Source: Anaerovoracaceae bacterium (GTDB taxonomy: Bacteria; Bacillota; Clostridia; Peptostreptococcales; Anaerovoracaceae). Taken from it: a stretch of DNA of 64,000 nt. The notes under the pieces are model-generated. The model did no database searches. It was not told where the DNA came from and saw nothing but the letters and a program-made list of their open reading frames with translations. Shown in pieces: positions 1 through 9,416 of the stretch. Where the stretch lies: NCBI GenBank assembly GCA_050946555.1, contig JBMNVA010000010.1, positions 5,825 through 69,824 on the forward strand, given 5' to 3'. Numbering within the stretch: the first letter of the stretch is position 1; every line of letters begins with the position of its first letter. The position numbers and the translations under genes are program-made.

Positions 1-19
1 GACAAAATGAAATCTTTAA

Positions 20-517
20 TTAATCGATAAAATGGATCCTCTTCATGTCATATCGATCTGCCTGGGTCTTTTTCTCCGCCGGATATCCGACAGGAAACAG
101 AGAAAACGCCTCCACATCGTCCGGAAGATCCAGGATCCTGCGGACGTTGTCCATGCGTTCCCTAATCGGCGCGATCCCTAGCCACACACCGCCGAGGCCG
201 ATTTCGTCCGCCCGGATCCAGATGTTTTCCTGCGCGATGGAAAGATCGATCTGGGAAAATTCCGGGAACGGCAGTCCCTGCGTCCGGTAAACCGGGACGA
301 TAACGACTTTTGCACCGTCGGCGCAGCGGGCGTATGGACTTGACGTGGACAGCTCTTTGATCTTTTCCTCGTCTGTGACCACATAAAACTCCCACGGCTG
401 CTGATTGCCGGCGCTCGGCGCCTGCATGCCGGCACGGAGGAGCTCGAGGATCTTCTCTTTTTCCACCGGACGGTCTTCATATTTTCTGATACTGGTTCTA
501 TGATAAATACTGCTCAT
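20..517 (-). CDS. nitroreductase family protein (165 aa)
   Basis: ORF 20..850 trimmed to the ATG at 517 (MSSIYHRTSIRKYEDRPV...). An RBS (aaggaaggtagg) lies upstream. SAGNQQPW motif of FMN nitroreductases. ATGA overlap with the stop of the upstream MATE gene. Confidence 0.85.
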   Translation of the reverse strand: MSSIYHRTSIRKYEDRPVEKEKILELLRAGMQAPSAGNQQPWEFYVVTDEEKIKELSTSSPYARCADGAKVVIVPVYRTQGLPFPEFSQIDLSIAQENIWIRADEIGLGGVWLGIAPIRERMDNVRRILDLPDDVEAFSLFPVGYPAEKKTQADRYDMKRIHFID

Positions 518-1926
518 ATTTTTCCTACCTTCCTTTTGTATAGATACGTCGTCAATATCACGGCGACCACGCACGCGGACAGTTCCCCTAACGGGATGGA
601 GAACCAGACCGCGGTCTTCGCCTGCGCCAGGTGCGCGAGGGCGAACGCCGCCGGGAGCGGCACGGCGATCAGTCTGACGAGCGAGATGATCAGGGAAAAA
701 TTCCCGTTCCCGAGCGCCTGGCACACACCCTGAAGGATGATGTTCGCGCCGGCGAAGAAAAATCCCCAGACGATGATCCGAAGCGCTGTGACGCAGATCA
801 CTTCTGTCTCCGGCGTGACGGAAAACAATCCGACGATCGGTTTTGTCCATCCCTCAAGGAGGACGACCCCGATCAGCATGATCACGGTCACATCCGTCAG
901 CGCCCAGCGGATCGCACGCGCGATCCGGTCTTTTTTCCCCGCGCCGAAATTGAACGAGATGATCGGGATGGACGCGTTGTTCAGTCCGTAGCCCGGCATA
1001 AAAATAAAATTCTGCAGTTTGTAGTAGATGCCGTACGCGGTCACGGCCGCCTCGGAAACGCCCACGAGGATCAGGTTCATGGCGTATGACATGAGCGGGA
1101 CCAGAATCTGCATGGCGATCGCCGGGATGCCGATGCGGTACAGCGCCCCGAGGATGTGCTTTCTCGGTCTGAGGTCCGCCCGGCGGATCGACAGGATCCT
1201 TTTTCCCCCAAGATAAAACGTGCCGATCGAGATCAGGGAGACGAACTGCCCGATGACGGTCGCGATCGCCGCTCCTCTCACGCCCAGAGCCGGGAGCCCG
1301 AGCCATCCGTAGATGAGCACCGGATCCAGCAGGATGTTGGTCAGCGCGCCGGCGATCTGCGTGATCATGGTGACCTTTGTCCGTCCGGTCGCGATCGTTA
1401 CCTTTTCCAGGCACATATATCCGAGCGTGCCTAATGACAAGACCGAGATGATCGTGACGTAACGGATCCCGTACGCCGCGATGACTTCGTTGTCTGTCTG
1501 GCTTTCGATGAACGGCTCTGCGCCGAAGATCCCGAACAAAAGCATCGCGAGGTAATACAGCATCGAGACGAACAGCGCGTTCCCCGCGGCGTTTTCCGCC
1601 TCTCTCCTCTGTTTCATCCCGAGCAGCCGGGAAACCAGCGCGTTCACACCGACGCCGGTCCCGACTCCGAGCGCCATGATCAGCATCTGGACAGGAAACG
1701 CCAGTGTCAGCGCGTTGATCGCCATCTCCCCCGCGTTCGTTATGCCGGGCGAGTCCGGGATCCTCGACACAAAGAAGGTGTCGACGACGTTATACAGCGC
1801 CTGCCCGAGCATGGACAGCATCATCGGGAAGCCCATGTTCAGGATCAGCTTCGACACCGGCATCACTGCCATTTTATCTTCTGCAGGCTTTCTCCGTACC
1901 GGATCCGCCCGTTTTACTTCTGCCAT
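514..1926 (-). CDS. MATE family efflux transporter
   Basis: Polytopic membrane protein with a typical MATE N-terminus (PVSKLILNMGFPMMLSMLGQALYNVVDTFFVSRI). Start chosen at MAEVK (1926, RBS caaggaac); an alternative ATG lies at 1872. Confidence 0.85.
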   Translation of the reverse strand: MAEVKRADPVRRKPAEDKMAVMPVSKLILNMGFPMMLSMLGQALYNVVDTFFVSRIPDSPGITNAGEMAINALTLAFPVQMLIMALGVGTGVGVNALVSRLLGMKQRREAENAAGNALFVSMLYYLAMLLFGIFGAEPFIESQTDNEVIAAYGIRYVTIISVLSLGTLGYMCLEKVTIATGRTKVTMITQIAGALTNILLDPVLIYGWLGLPALGVRGAAIATVIGQFVSLISIGTFYLGGKRILSIRRADLRPRKHILGALYRIGIPAIAMQILVPLMSYAMNLILVGVSEAAVTAYGIYYKLQNFIFMPGYGLNNASIPIISFNFGAGKKDRIARAIRWALTDVTVIMLIGVVLLEGWTKPIVGLFSVTPETEVICVTALRIIVWGFFFAGANIILQGVCQALGNGNFSLIISLVRLIAVPLPAAFALAHLAQAKTAVWFSIPLGELSACVVAVILTTYLYKRKVGKI

Positions 1927-2279
1927 TTCGGTTCCTTGATCTCTTCCTCTGCCGGCGGGATGATATATTCCGAGAGGTGCTCTTTGCCCCAGTCGCACAT
2001 CGCCTTCAGGACCGGTGCCAGCGTCTCGCCGTATTCTGTCAGGGAATATTCCGTCTTCGGAGGAACGACCGGGTACACCTCCCGGTGGACCAGCCCGTCC
2101 GCCTCAAGGTCCCGCAGCTGCTGCGTCAGCATTTTCTGCGTGGCCTGCGGCATGATGCGCTGCAGCTCCGAGAACCGCAGTTTCTGGCCGATCAGATGAT
2201 AAAGGATGATCGGCTTGTATTTCCCGCCGATCAGGCTCAATGTCGCCTCGACCGGGCAATGGAACATCGTATCCTTCAT
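1914..2279 (-). CDS. HxlR family transcriptional regulator
   Basis: 121 aa. CPVEATLSLIGGKYKPIILYHL...RFSELQRIMPQATQKMLTQQLRDLEADGLV is the HxlR winged-helix signature. Confidence 0.9.
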   Translation of the reverse strand: MKDTMFHCPVEATLSLIGGKYKPIILYHLIGQKLRFSELQRIMPQATQKMLTQQLRDLEADGLVHREVYPVVPPKTEYSLTEYGETLAPVLKAMCDWGKEHLSEYIIPPAEEEIKEPKWQK

Positions 2280-2794
2280 AGTACTTTCACCACCTCATCC
2301 ATCGAGCGGGACTGTGTGTGCTTCGGCGTCGGCACGGCCGACGGATCCGCGTAGCCGAGCGGCATCAGCAGCACGACTTTCTCATTCTCCGGGATATGGA
2401 ACGCCTCCGCGGCCTTGCTGTTAGGGAACGCGTTGACCCAGCAGGACGCGATCCCGAGATCCCAGGCCTCCAGCATGATATGCGTCGCGATGATGCTCAC
2501 ATCCTCCTGCCCGGAGGCGATCCCCGGCTCCTGCGCGTTTTTCCACTGCTCGTCCTCGTTATATGTCATCAAAAGGACAAGCGGCGCGTTGAACGCACAC
2601 GGTGTGATCCCGCGGATCGTCTCGAGCGCTTCCTTGCTTTTCAGCATGTAGATCCGGAACGGCTGCTGGTTCGCGGCCGTCGGCGCGATCTTCGCCGCCT
2701 TCAAAATCTTTTTCATTTTTTCCGGCTCGATCGTCTTATCCTGATATTTTCTGACGGAAAAGCGTTCTTCCGCCAGCGATAAAAAATCCTTCAT
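2276..2794 (-). CDS. nitroreductase family protein
   Basis: Start at MKDFLSLAEERFSVRKYQ (ATG 2794, ATGA overlap with the upstream stop). TAANQQPFR motif. Confidence 0.85.
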   Translation of the reverse strand: MKDFLSLAEERFSVRKYQDKTIEPEKMKKILKAAKIAPTAANQQPFRIYMLKSKEALETIRGITPCAFNAPLVLLMTYNEDEQWKNAQEPGIASGQEDVSIIATHIMLEAWDLGIASCWVNAFPNSKAAEAFHIPENEKVVLLMPLGYADPSAVPTPKHTQSRSMDEVVKVL

Positions 2795-3363
2795 GTTCGA
2801 TACCCCTTTCCGTAATTCCAGCATTTCGCTGTCACTTCCCCCGTCGACAGGTACTGAGCGCTCTGGAACTCGAACAGCACCGGGCCGACCTTTTCATAAT
2901 CGATTTTACCACGTTCATTCAGATCCTCTTCCTGCACATAGGTGTGGACAGGCTTCAAAATGAAATTGTGGAATGCTCCGACCGTGACCATCTGCTCCAC
3001 TCTGCAGGTCATGCAGACCGGCGCGTTTTCGATCACCGGGGCTTTTTCCAGATCGTCAAAATGCCACGGGAACACGTCCGACTTGTCGGTGTCTTTCGCT
3101 TTTACCATGCCGCACCAGTCCGCAGCCTTCAGCATGTCCTGATCGATCAGACTGACCGATACGACCTCGTTCTTCTGAATGGCGGCGTCATCCAGCTTGT
3201 GCGCCTGGTCCATGCTGATGAGGAAGTGCCCGTGCTCCACGACTCCCACATGCGCGACCGGCAGGAAATTCACTCTCCCGTCCTCCAGGACGGTGCCGAC
3301 GATGGTCGTCGGCATCGGATAAAGTCCCATTACAGCGCCGATATCTTTCTGCATGTCGATCAC
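2791..3363 (-). CDS. flavin reductase-like (FMN-binding split-barrel) protein
   Basis: 190-aa ORF with the PMPTTIVGT...VNFLPVAH pattern of flavin reductase domain proteins. Start is either GTG 3363 (GTGA overlap) or ATG 3354. Confidence 0.75.
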   Translation of the reverse strand: MIDMQKDIGAVMGLYPMPTTIVGTVLEDGRVNFLPVAHVGVVEHGHFLISMDQAHKLDDAAIQKNEVVSVSLIDQDMLKAADWCGMVKAKDTDKSDVFPWHFDDLEKAPVIENAPVCMTCRVEQMVTVGAFHNFILKPVHTYVQEEDLNERGKIDYEKVGPVLFEFQSAQYLSTGEVTAKCWNYGKGYRT

Positions 3364-4043
3364 GCTTCTTTCTTCAGCTCTTTCACGAGCATTTCCGAAA
3401 CTTTACGGATCGACATCGGGTTCTGCCCTGTGATGAAGCGCTGATCCTCGACGGCGAACTCGGTATACGGATCGCCTTTGACAAACTCCGCGCCGTCTTT
3501 TTTCAGTTCGTCTTCCGGCGAGAGCGGCACCAGCTGATCGGTCCCGTTCAGTTTTTCCTCTTCATTCGTAAAGCCGTTCACCTTTTTTCCTCGCACGAGC
3601 GGATTCCCGTCGGCGTCTTTCAGATTGACGAGCCCTGCCTCACCATGGCACACGCTAGCGATATATCCGCCCTTCGCGTAGATCGATTCTCCCAGAGAAA
3701 TCAGCTCCTTGTTGTCCGGGAAATCCCACATGGCGCCGTGACCGCCGCAGAAATAGATGGCCCGGTAGTCTTCCGGCCGGATCTGCGAAAACGGGATCGA
3801 CTGCTGCATCCCCTGCTGGAATCCTTTGGAGTCCACGATCTTCTGTATGTCTTCGCTGACGTCTTTGCTCGCTGGATCCACCGGGATCGAGCCTCCCTCT
3901 GTGCTGGCGAACACGACTTCAAAGCCTTCTTTTGTCAAAACATCGTAAAATGTCGCGGCTTCTTCCAGCCAGACGCCTGTCTTTCTTTCCGGATGCTCAA
4001 GATAATGATCTACATTAGTCAGTGCCATCAATACTTTTTTCAT
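3360..4043 (-). CDS. DJ-1/PfpI family (type 1 glutamine amidotransferase-like) protein
   Basis: 227 aa. Nucleophile elbow SVCHGEAGL and YRAIYFCGGHGAMWDF are typical of the DJ-1/HchA-like family. Confidence 0.85.
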   Translation of the reverse strand: MKKVLMALTNVDHYLEHPERKTGVWLEEAATFYDVLTKEGFEVVFASTEGGSIPVDPASKDVSEDIQKIVDSKGFQQGMQQSIPFSQIRPEDYRAIYFCGGHGAMWDFPDNKELISLGESIYAKGGYIASVCHGEAGLVNLKDADGNPLVRGKKVNGFTNEEEKLNGTDQLVPLSPEDELKKDGAEFVKGDPYTEFAVEDQRFITGQNPMSIRKVSEMLVKELKKEA

Positions 4044-4333
4044 ATCAGAATCCCTTCCTTTCTATTCAATGGTCCTCTTCATTTTCTCTGCATCAGGAAG
4101 CTTCCTTTTTTCTATAGTTACAATTTACACGGTTCCGGCGAAAAATGTAAGTACGCACTTTAATGTGCCATAGTTCCCAAAAAGTAAGTATTGGGATTTT
4201 GAGATCCCATTGGGGCAAAACGTCACTTTATCATCTTGCATGTGCAAGGTGACCGGTAAAGTCCCCAATTATTGAAATCTAAAGGGAGATGACAAAAGAA
4301 AACCTGCCTGACACCAATCATGCCAAGCAGGAA

Positions 4334-4384
4334 TAAAAAAGGCTGCGGTATTCAATAGAGTTCAAACTCATTGGATACTGCAGC
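4334..4384 (-). terminator. intrinsic terminator downstream of the surface protein gene
   Basis: Minus strand reads gctgcagtatccaat-N12-attgaataccgcagc followed by cttttttatt. Confidence 0.7.
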
Positions 4385-4431
4385 TCCTTGATTGTAAATC
4401 TTGCTTTGATTTTCTTTAACCACTCCGAATA

Positions 4432-6046
4432 TTAACCGCTCGTGCTGTAAGAGTTGACCACTATGAAACTGTAATTGCCTCCTTCAGTGGTCGCTTGTGG
4501 GTATAGATCAAAACGATAAAATTTTATATTATCACCTTCCTCCGTTAACGTATAAATGATCTCATTGCCTTGACTATCATATTTCGGAACATCTGTAATA
4601 TCACCCTCCCAGTTGACATCAGCCGAAAGAGTCACTGTTTTATCTGTTAAATTGCCACTCTCATACTCTTTAAGTCGAATGGTTACCGAAGGCTCAAATC
4701 CCTGCGACCATTGTTTTTCAACGTGCACTTTTACTGTCTCAATATACTTCACCGTGAATCCACTGGAAGCATCTCCACTTACATCACCCTCAGTATAGCC
4801 ATCGACCGTATCTGCCGTGAGCGTATAAGTGATCGGATTTCCACTACTGTCTGTCTGATTAAGATCAGTAAAGGTACCGGTCCAGCCAGTTTCCGTTGTA
4901 AACGTTTTGCTATCGACTTCTGTTCCGTTCGCAAGGAGATGCACGGTAGCAGAGCTTCCGGCCGTTTGAATCCAATTAATGGTTACCGGGATGCTGATCG
5001 TCGCTTTCGTATTTGTCACCGTAAAGCCGCTGCTCGCATTGCCTGTTACTTCACTGGTATATCCGTCAACAGCATCTTCCGTCAGAGTATAGCTGATTTC
5101 ATTTCCGCTGCTGTCGTACTTATCAAGACCTGTGAACGTATATGTCCAGTCATTATCCGCGGTAAGCGCTGCGTTCGAAACCTCTGAGCCATTCGCAAGG
5201 AGATGCACGGTAGCCGAATCACCTTCACCGCCGACCCATTTCTTCGTCACCGGGATACTGATCGTCTCCTTCGTGTTCGTCACCGTAAAGCCGCTCTCAG
5301 CATCACCCGTGATGCTGGACGTGTACCCGGTTACAGAATCTTCGGTGAGTGTGTAGCTGATCTCTCCGTCGCTGTCTGCCTGATCCAGATCTTCGAAAGT
5401 ATAGGACCAGTCATTATCCGCGGTAAGCGTTGCGTCCGCGACCTCTGTCCCATTCGCAAGAAGATGAACCGTCGCAGAACTCCCGGTACCGCCGGACCAC
5501 ACCTTCGTGACCGGGATGCTGATCTTCTTCGTATTCGTTACCGTGAAGCCGCTCTCAGCGTCACCGGTAATATCAGATTCATAACCGTCGATCGCGTCTT
5601 CCGTCAGCGTATAAGAGATCTCATTTCCGTCGCTGGCCGCCTGATCCAGATCGGTGAAAGTATAGGACCAGCCATCGTCCGAGGTAAGCGTTTTGCTCGC
5701 GACCTCGGTTCCGTTCGCAAGGAGATGCACGGTCGCTTCCGTTCCTTCATCGCCGACCCATTTCTTCGTCACCGGGATGCTGATCTTCTTCGTATTTGTC
5801 ACCGTGAAGCCGCTCTCAGCGTCGCCTGTGATATCGGATTCATAACCGTCGATCGCGTCTTCCTTCAGCGTGTACTTGATCGTCTTCCCGTTCGAATCCG
5901 TCTTACGGAGGCCGGTAAACGTATAGGACCAGTCGTTGTCCGAAGTCAGCGTTGCGCTTTTTGTCTCATCACCGTTGGCATAAAGATGAACAGTAGCCGA
6001 CGTACCGGCATCGCCGATCCATACCTTGTCGACGTTGATAGAGATC
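4432..6046 (-). repeat. six tandem in-frame Cna-B-like coding repeats (~261 nt each)
   Basis: Directly visible as six successive peptide repeats in the C-terminal half of the 1065-aa ORF. The last copy is the most diverged. Confidence 0.85.
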
Positions 6047-7629
6047 TTTTCCGCGGCCGTAGTATCCGCCGGCACATTCTTCTCTTCCTTTGTTGGAGTA
6101 CCGAAGCTCAGGTAGTGGTTGCTGCCGACACCGCCGCCGTACGTGGCACGGTTGTTCGTGATCCTGACCGTCGCGGAACTCGTCGCCTTGGTCTCCGCTT
6201 TTGCTGAAGGTTTGTTGACGACCGCGCTCGCCTGGAGCAGGCTTGCGGACTCTTTGGTATCCGATGTCGTGTAACGGCTGCTGCTGCTCGACGTCGTCTG
6301 CGTTGATGCGCCGCCGTCCTGATACCAGGAGTTGTTTCCGCCGCCAAGCATCGTGCCGGTTACCGTGACGCCAGTATCCCCGCTTCTCGGTGATACATAA
6401 AGGTCGTCGCCGGCCCCGTCCGTTCCTCTTTTTGTCGTCGTATTGTCAAAGACAGCGATGCCGTCTGTCTTCGCTTCGCTGAACATATCGGCTTCGCCGT
6501 TCGGGCAGAACCAGAGGCCGCCGCCGAGGCTTTCCGCCTCATTGTCGGATACGAGTGTGTTTTTGAAAGAAGCGCCGCCGTAGGCTTTGCCGCTGTCGAG
6601 GAATACGCCGCCGCCTTTGTCGTCAGAGGTGTTCCCGGCGATCCTGCCCGCGGTCAGCACAGCCTTTGTATAGACGTTGCTGAAGATGCCACCGCCGTGC
6701 GTCTCGTTTTTGAGCGACGCCGCGGCTCCTTTGTCGGCACCGGTCCGGAACGCGTTGTTATTCGTGATGCTGCCGCCGCCGAGATAAAGCGAGCTGATCG
6801 CATCGCTGTCAGAAGAATACACGGCGATGGCCCCGCCGTTCCCGGAGCAGACCGTGCTGTCCGCGTCCTTCGCGTTCGCGTTATGAGACCCTGCCGTATT
6901 GTCCGAGATCTCGCCTCCGTTGACCGTGACCGATGCGCCTTCTGTGACCGCGATCGCTCCTCCGAGCGCGTTCGCGGAGACCGTCGAGTCTTCCAGAACT
7001 GCCGCCGAAGACACGACCTGGTTCCCGCTGATCGTACCGTCATTGATGATGACGGAGGCGTTTTTTCCTTCCGCGCGCAGCGCGCCGCCAAATGCGATCC
7101 CCTTTGTCGTCGAATTGCTGTTGCCGGAGATCGTTCCGTCGTTCATGGTGAACGTCCCGTCCACGATACTGATCGCAGGAACGCCGCCTTTGCCGTATTT
7201 GAAACTCGCGAAGCCGGCGCCGGCAGAGGTGCTTTCGAAGTCCTCGACCGAGCCGTCGTTCATGACCATGTCACCGTAAACAGAAAACACCGGCGTCGAA
7301 CGTTCCTTTTTGTCGCTCGCGAGGTTCACATTTTCCAGCACAAGAACGGCGCCCTTCTCGACGATAAAACCGCCTTTTCCGGTCACCGTTACATCTGCGT
7401 CATGATCCTCCTGATCCGACTTGACGATAAGATACGTTCCTTCCGGTACATCCACCATACTGTCCAGTGTGTCTCCATCATGCAGGATGAAGGTTTTCTG
7501 CTGGGCGGGGTCGCTCGCTGATCCGAATTGCAGCAGCAGTCCGATACCGATGGCAGCAGCAAGGACAGCCGCTCCCGCCAGAATGGCGAAGAGGCGCCTG
7601 GAATGCCTCTGGTTAGATATCGCTCTCAT
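4432..7629 (-). CDS. large secreted/surface protein with an N-terminal Pmp-like beta-helix region and six Cna-B-type repeats
   Basis: 1065 aa. N-terminal signal/anchor (RRLFAILAGAAVLAAAIGIGLLL). Repeated GGAI/GGGI/GGGV...N motifs (ALGGAIAV, GNGGAIAV, HGGGIF, KGGGVF, LGGGLW). These are followed by six ~87-aa repeats (ISIPVTKKWVGDEG..ATVHLLANGTEV...DGYES.ITGDAESGFTVTNTKK). No LPXTG and no C-terminal TM segment. Confidence 0.85.
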   Translation of the reverse strand: MRAISNQRHSRRLFAILAGAAVLAAAIGIGLLLQFGSASDPAQQKTFILHDGDTLDSMVDVPEGTYLIVKSDQEDHDADVTVTGKGGFIVEKGAVLVLENVNLASDKKERSTPVFSVYGDMVMNDGSVEDFESTSAGAGFASFKYGKGGVPAISIVDGTFTMNDGTISGNSNSTTKGIAFGGALRAEGKNASVIINDGTISGNQVVSSAAVLEDSTVSANALGGAIAVTEGASVTVNGGEISDNTAGSHNANAKDADSTVCSGNGGAIAVYSSDSDAISSLYLGGGSITNNNAFRTGADKGAAASLKNETHGGGIFSNVYTKAVLTAGRIAGNTSDDKGGGVFLDSGKAYGGASFKNTLVSDNEAESLGGGLWFCPNGEADMFSEAKTDGIAVFDNTTTKRGTDGAGDDLYVSPRSGDTGVTVTGTMLGGGNNSWYQDGGASTQTTSSSSSRYTTSDTKESASLLQASAVVNKPSAKAETKATSSATVRITNNRATYGGGVGSNHYLSFGTPTKEEKNVPADTTAAEKISINVDKVWIGDAGTSATVHLYANGDETKSATLTSDNDWSYTFTGLRKTDSNGKTIKYTLKEDAIDGYESDITGDAESGFTVTNTKKISIPVTKKWVGDEGTEATVHLLANGTEVASKTLTSDDGWSYTFTDLDQAASDGNEISYTLTEDAIDGYESDITGDAESGFTVTNTKKISIPVTKVWSGGTGSSATVHLLANGTEVADATLTADNDWSYTFEDLDQADSDGEISYTLTEDSVTGYTSSITGDAESGFTVTNTKETISIPVTKKWVGGEGDSATVHLLANGSEVSNAALTADNDWTYTFTGLDKYDSSGNEISYTLTEDAVDGYTSEVTGNASSGFTVTNTKATISIPVTINWIQTAGSSATVHLLANGTEVDSKTFTTETGWTGTFTDLNQTDSSGNPITYTLTADTVDGYTEGDVSGDASSGFTVKYIETVKVHVEKQWSQGFEPSVTIRLKEYESGNLTDKTVTLSADVNWEGDITDVPKYDSQGNEIIYTLTEEGDNIKFYRFDLYPQATTEGGNYSFIVVNSYSTSG

Positions 7630-7719
7630 TACAATTCCCCCTACTCCTCCCCATACGCAAAATAGTATGCGGAGAACAAACAGTTGATTTAATTAAACAG
7701 TCGATGCAGTAAAAACAAT

Positions 7720-7749
7720 ATAAAAGCCCGGAACAATCGCCTTCCGGGC
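7720..7749 (-). terminator. intrinsic terminator after ssrA
   Basis: Minus strand reads gcccggaa-ggcgattg-ttccgggc followed by ttttatatt, immediately 3' of the tmRNA CCA end. Confidence 0.7.
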
Positions 7750-7757
7750 CGGAATCG

Positions 7758-8118
7758 TGGTGGAAGTGGCGGGAGTCGAACCCGCGTCCGAAAATATTTC
7801 CATATCACTTTCTCCGAGCGCAGCTGATGGTTTAAGCTTCGCGTTCCCGGGCGTCCATCAGCAGACTCCCGGTTCGGCTATTCCGCATTGGTCCTCAGCC
7901 GGTCCGGAAACCCCGGCTGAGTTTTCCTGCATGATCGATGCCAGGATTCCGGCCTGCAGGTGAACCGGAGCTGACACGCAAAGTCGCTGAACTAAGCAGC
8001 GAGTGCGAGATTATTATCGTTTTTAGCGTTTATATTTAAACGGCCCCTTTTAACGCAGACTGGGCACTGCGGCTCGCTTATGCTACTTCTATATCCCCGT
8101 CGAAACCTTTACACCCCC
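7758..8118 (-). ncRNA. ssrA: tmRNA (SsrA)
   Basis: The minus strand begins GGGGGTGTAAAGGTTTCGACGGGGAT and ends GGACGCGGGTTCGACTCCCGCCACTTCCACCA. The tag frame GCT AAA AAC GAT AAT AAT CTC GCA CTC GCT GCT TAG encodes AKNDNNLALAA* (8027..7992). smpB is adjacent. Confidence 0.95.
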
Positions 8119-8347
8119 ACAATAAGGCGGCCTGAAGATTCGGCCTGTAATTGTTTACACATCTATATTATACCAGAATCCGGAGGGACAAAACATCCCT
8201 CCGTGAATAATTTAACGTAAAAAATCCCCCGGGATTTCCGAAGGGACAAAAAAATCCGCGGCAGGTTTCCTACATCTAATACCGTTTCCTAACAGCTTCT
8301 GAATATCTGCTCATTAACCGCTTCTGATCTCCGCTGATATCTGCGTT

Positions 8348-8815
8348 CTAGTACCGGTTCTTCATCGCGCGGTCCATTTTGCGGGCGGCGTCCTTCTTCG
8401 CGATCGCGTCGCGCTTGTCGTACAGCTTTTTCCCGCGGGCGACAGCGATCTCCACTTTCGCGAGCCCCTTTTCGTTGATATAGATCTGGAGCGGAACGAG
8501 CGTCATGCCCTGCTGCGTCGTGAAGCCGATCAGCTTGCGGATCTCGCGTTTATGGAGCAGAAGGCGGCGCGGCCGGAGCGGGTCCACGTTGAAGCGGTTG
8601 CCCTGCTCGTACGGACTGATGTTCATCCCGTAAAGGATGACCTCGCCGTTCTCGACCTTCGCGTAGCTCTCCTTGATGCTCACCTTCCCGGCACGGACCG
8701 ATTTGATCTCCGTGCCCGTGAGGGAAATGCCCGCTTCATAAGTCTCCTCGATGAAGTAGTCGTGGCGCGCTTTCTTGTTATTCGCTGCAATTTTTCTCGT
8801 GCTGTTTTTCTTCAT
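8348..8815 (-). CDS. smpB: SsrA-binding protein SmpB
   Basis: 155 aa with [24 protein letters not shown]...LLLHKREI, the canonical SmpB sequence. Confidence 0.95.
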   Translation of the reverse strand: MKKNSTRKIAANNKKARHDYFIEETYEAGISLTGTEIKSVRAGKVSIKESYAKVENGEVILYGMNISPYEQGNRFNVDPLRPRRLLLHKREIRKLIGFTTQQGMTLVPLQIYINEKGLAKVEIAVARGKKLYDKRDAIAKKDAARKMDRAMKNRY

Positions 8816-8821
8816 AGTTCC

Positions 8822-9370
8822 TCAAATGCGGTTGCTTCGAAGATCCCGGTCGATCCGGCCGATCTTTCCCGGCGGAAACACGCGGAACGTGATCCGCCCG
8901 ATGATCTCGGAAAACGGGACATAGCCGACGGCCGGCGAACGGCTGTCCATGCTGTTCTGGCGGTTGTCGCCGAGGCAGAACACGCACCGCTCCGGGACCG
9001 TGCCCTCAAACCCCTGCTCTGTCGTGCGGTCGAAGGTGAAGCTTTCGTCCTGTTCCATGCCGTTGACAAAAACTTTCCCGTCCCGGATCCTCACTTCGTC
9101 GCCCGGGACGGCGATGACCCTCTTCAGGAAGTATTTCCTCCGGCCGCGCCGGTCCTTCAGCTGTGACCGGAACACGATGACGTCGCCCGGCACGGGCTGC
9201 TTCTTACGGTAGGCCTGCCGTTCGATCAGCAGGCAGTCATTCTGGTGGAAGTTCGGCTCCATCGAGATGCCGACGACACGCGTCAGACGAAAGATCTGCA
9301 GGATCCCCGCCGCGGCGCCCGCTGCCAGAGCGGTCTCCAGTGCGAACTCCAGGATCTCGTTGTGATTCAT
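8822..9370 (-). CDS. lepB: signal peptidase I
   Basis: SMEPNF, GDVIVFRS, KRVIAVPGDEV and GDNRQNSMDSRS boxes of type I signal peptidases. Confidence 0.9.
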   Translation of the reverse strand: MNHNEILEFALETALAAGAAAGILQIFRLTRVVGISMEPNFHQNDCLLIERQAYRKKQPVPGDVIVFRSQLKDRRGRRKYFLKRVIAVPGDEVRIRDGKVFVNGMEQDESFTFDRTTEQGFEGTVPERCVFCLGDNRQNSMDSRSPAVGYVPFSEIIGRITFRVFPPGKIGRIDRDLRSNRI

Positions 9371-9416
9371 ACTGCTTTCTGCGCCCCGCGGCGTCGCCGC
9401 CCCGGGCGCTCCTCCA

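Noticed and set aside
4044-7757. Genomic island integrated at the tmRNA 3' end carrying the surface protein gene
   Set aside because: I found no direct repeat of the tmRNA 3' terminus (…GGTTCGACTCCCGCCAC…) anywhere in 4044-4431 or nearby, and there is no integrase. The hypothesis is kept only as a remark under the surface-protein finding.
7757-7963. 68-aa plus-strand ORF
   Set aside because: It lies wholly inside, and antisense to, the tmRNA gene.
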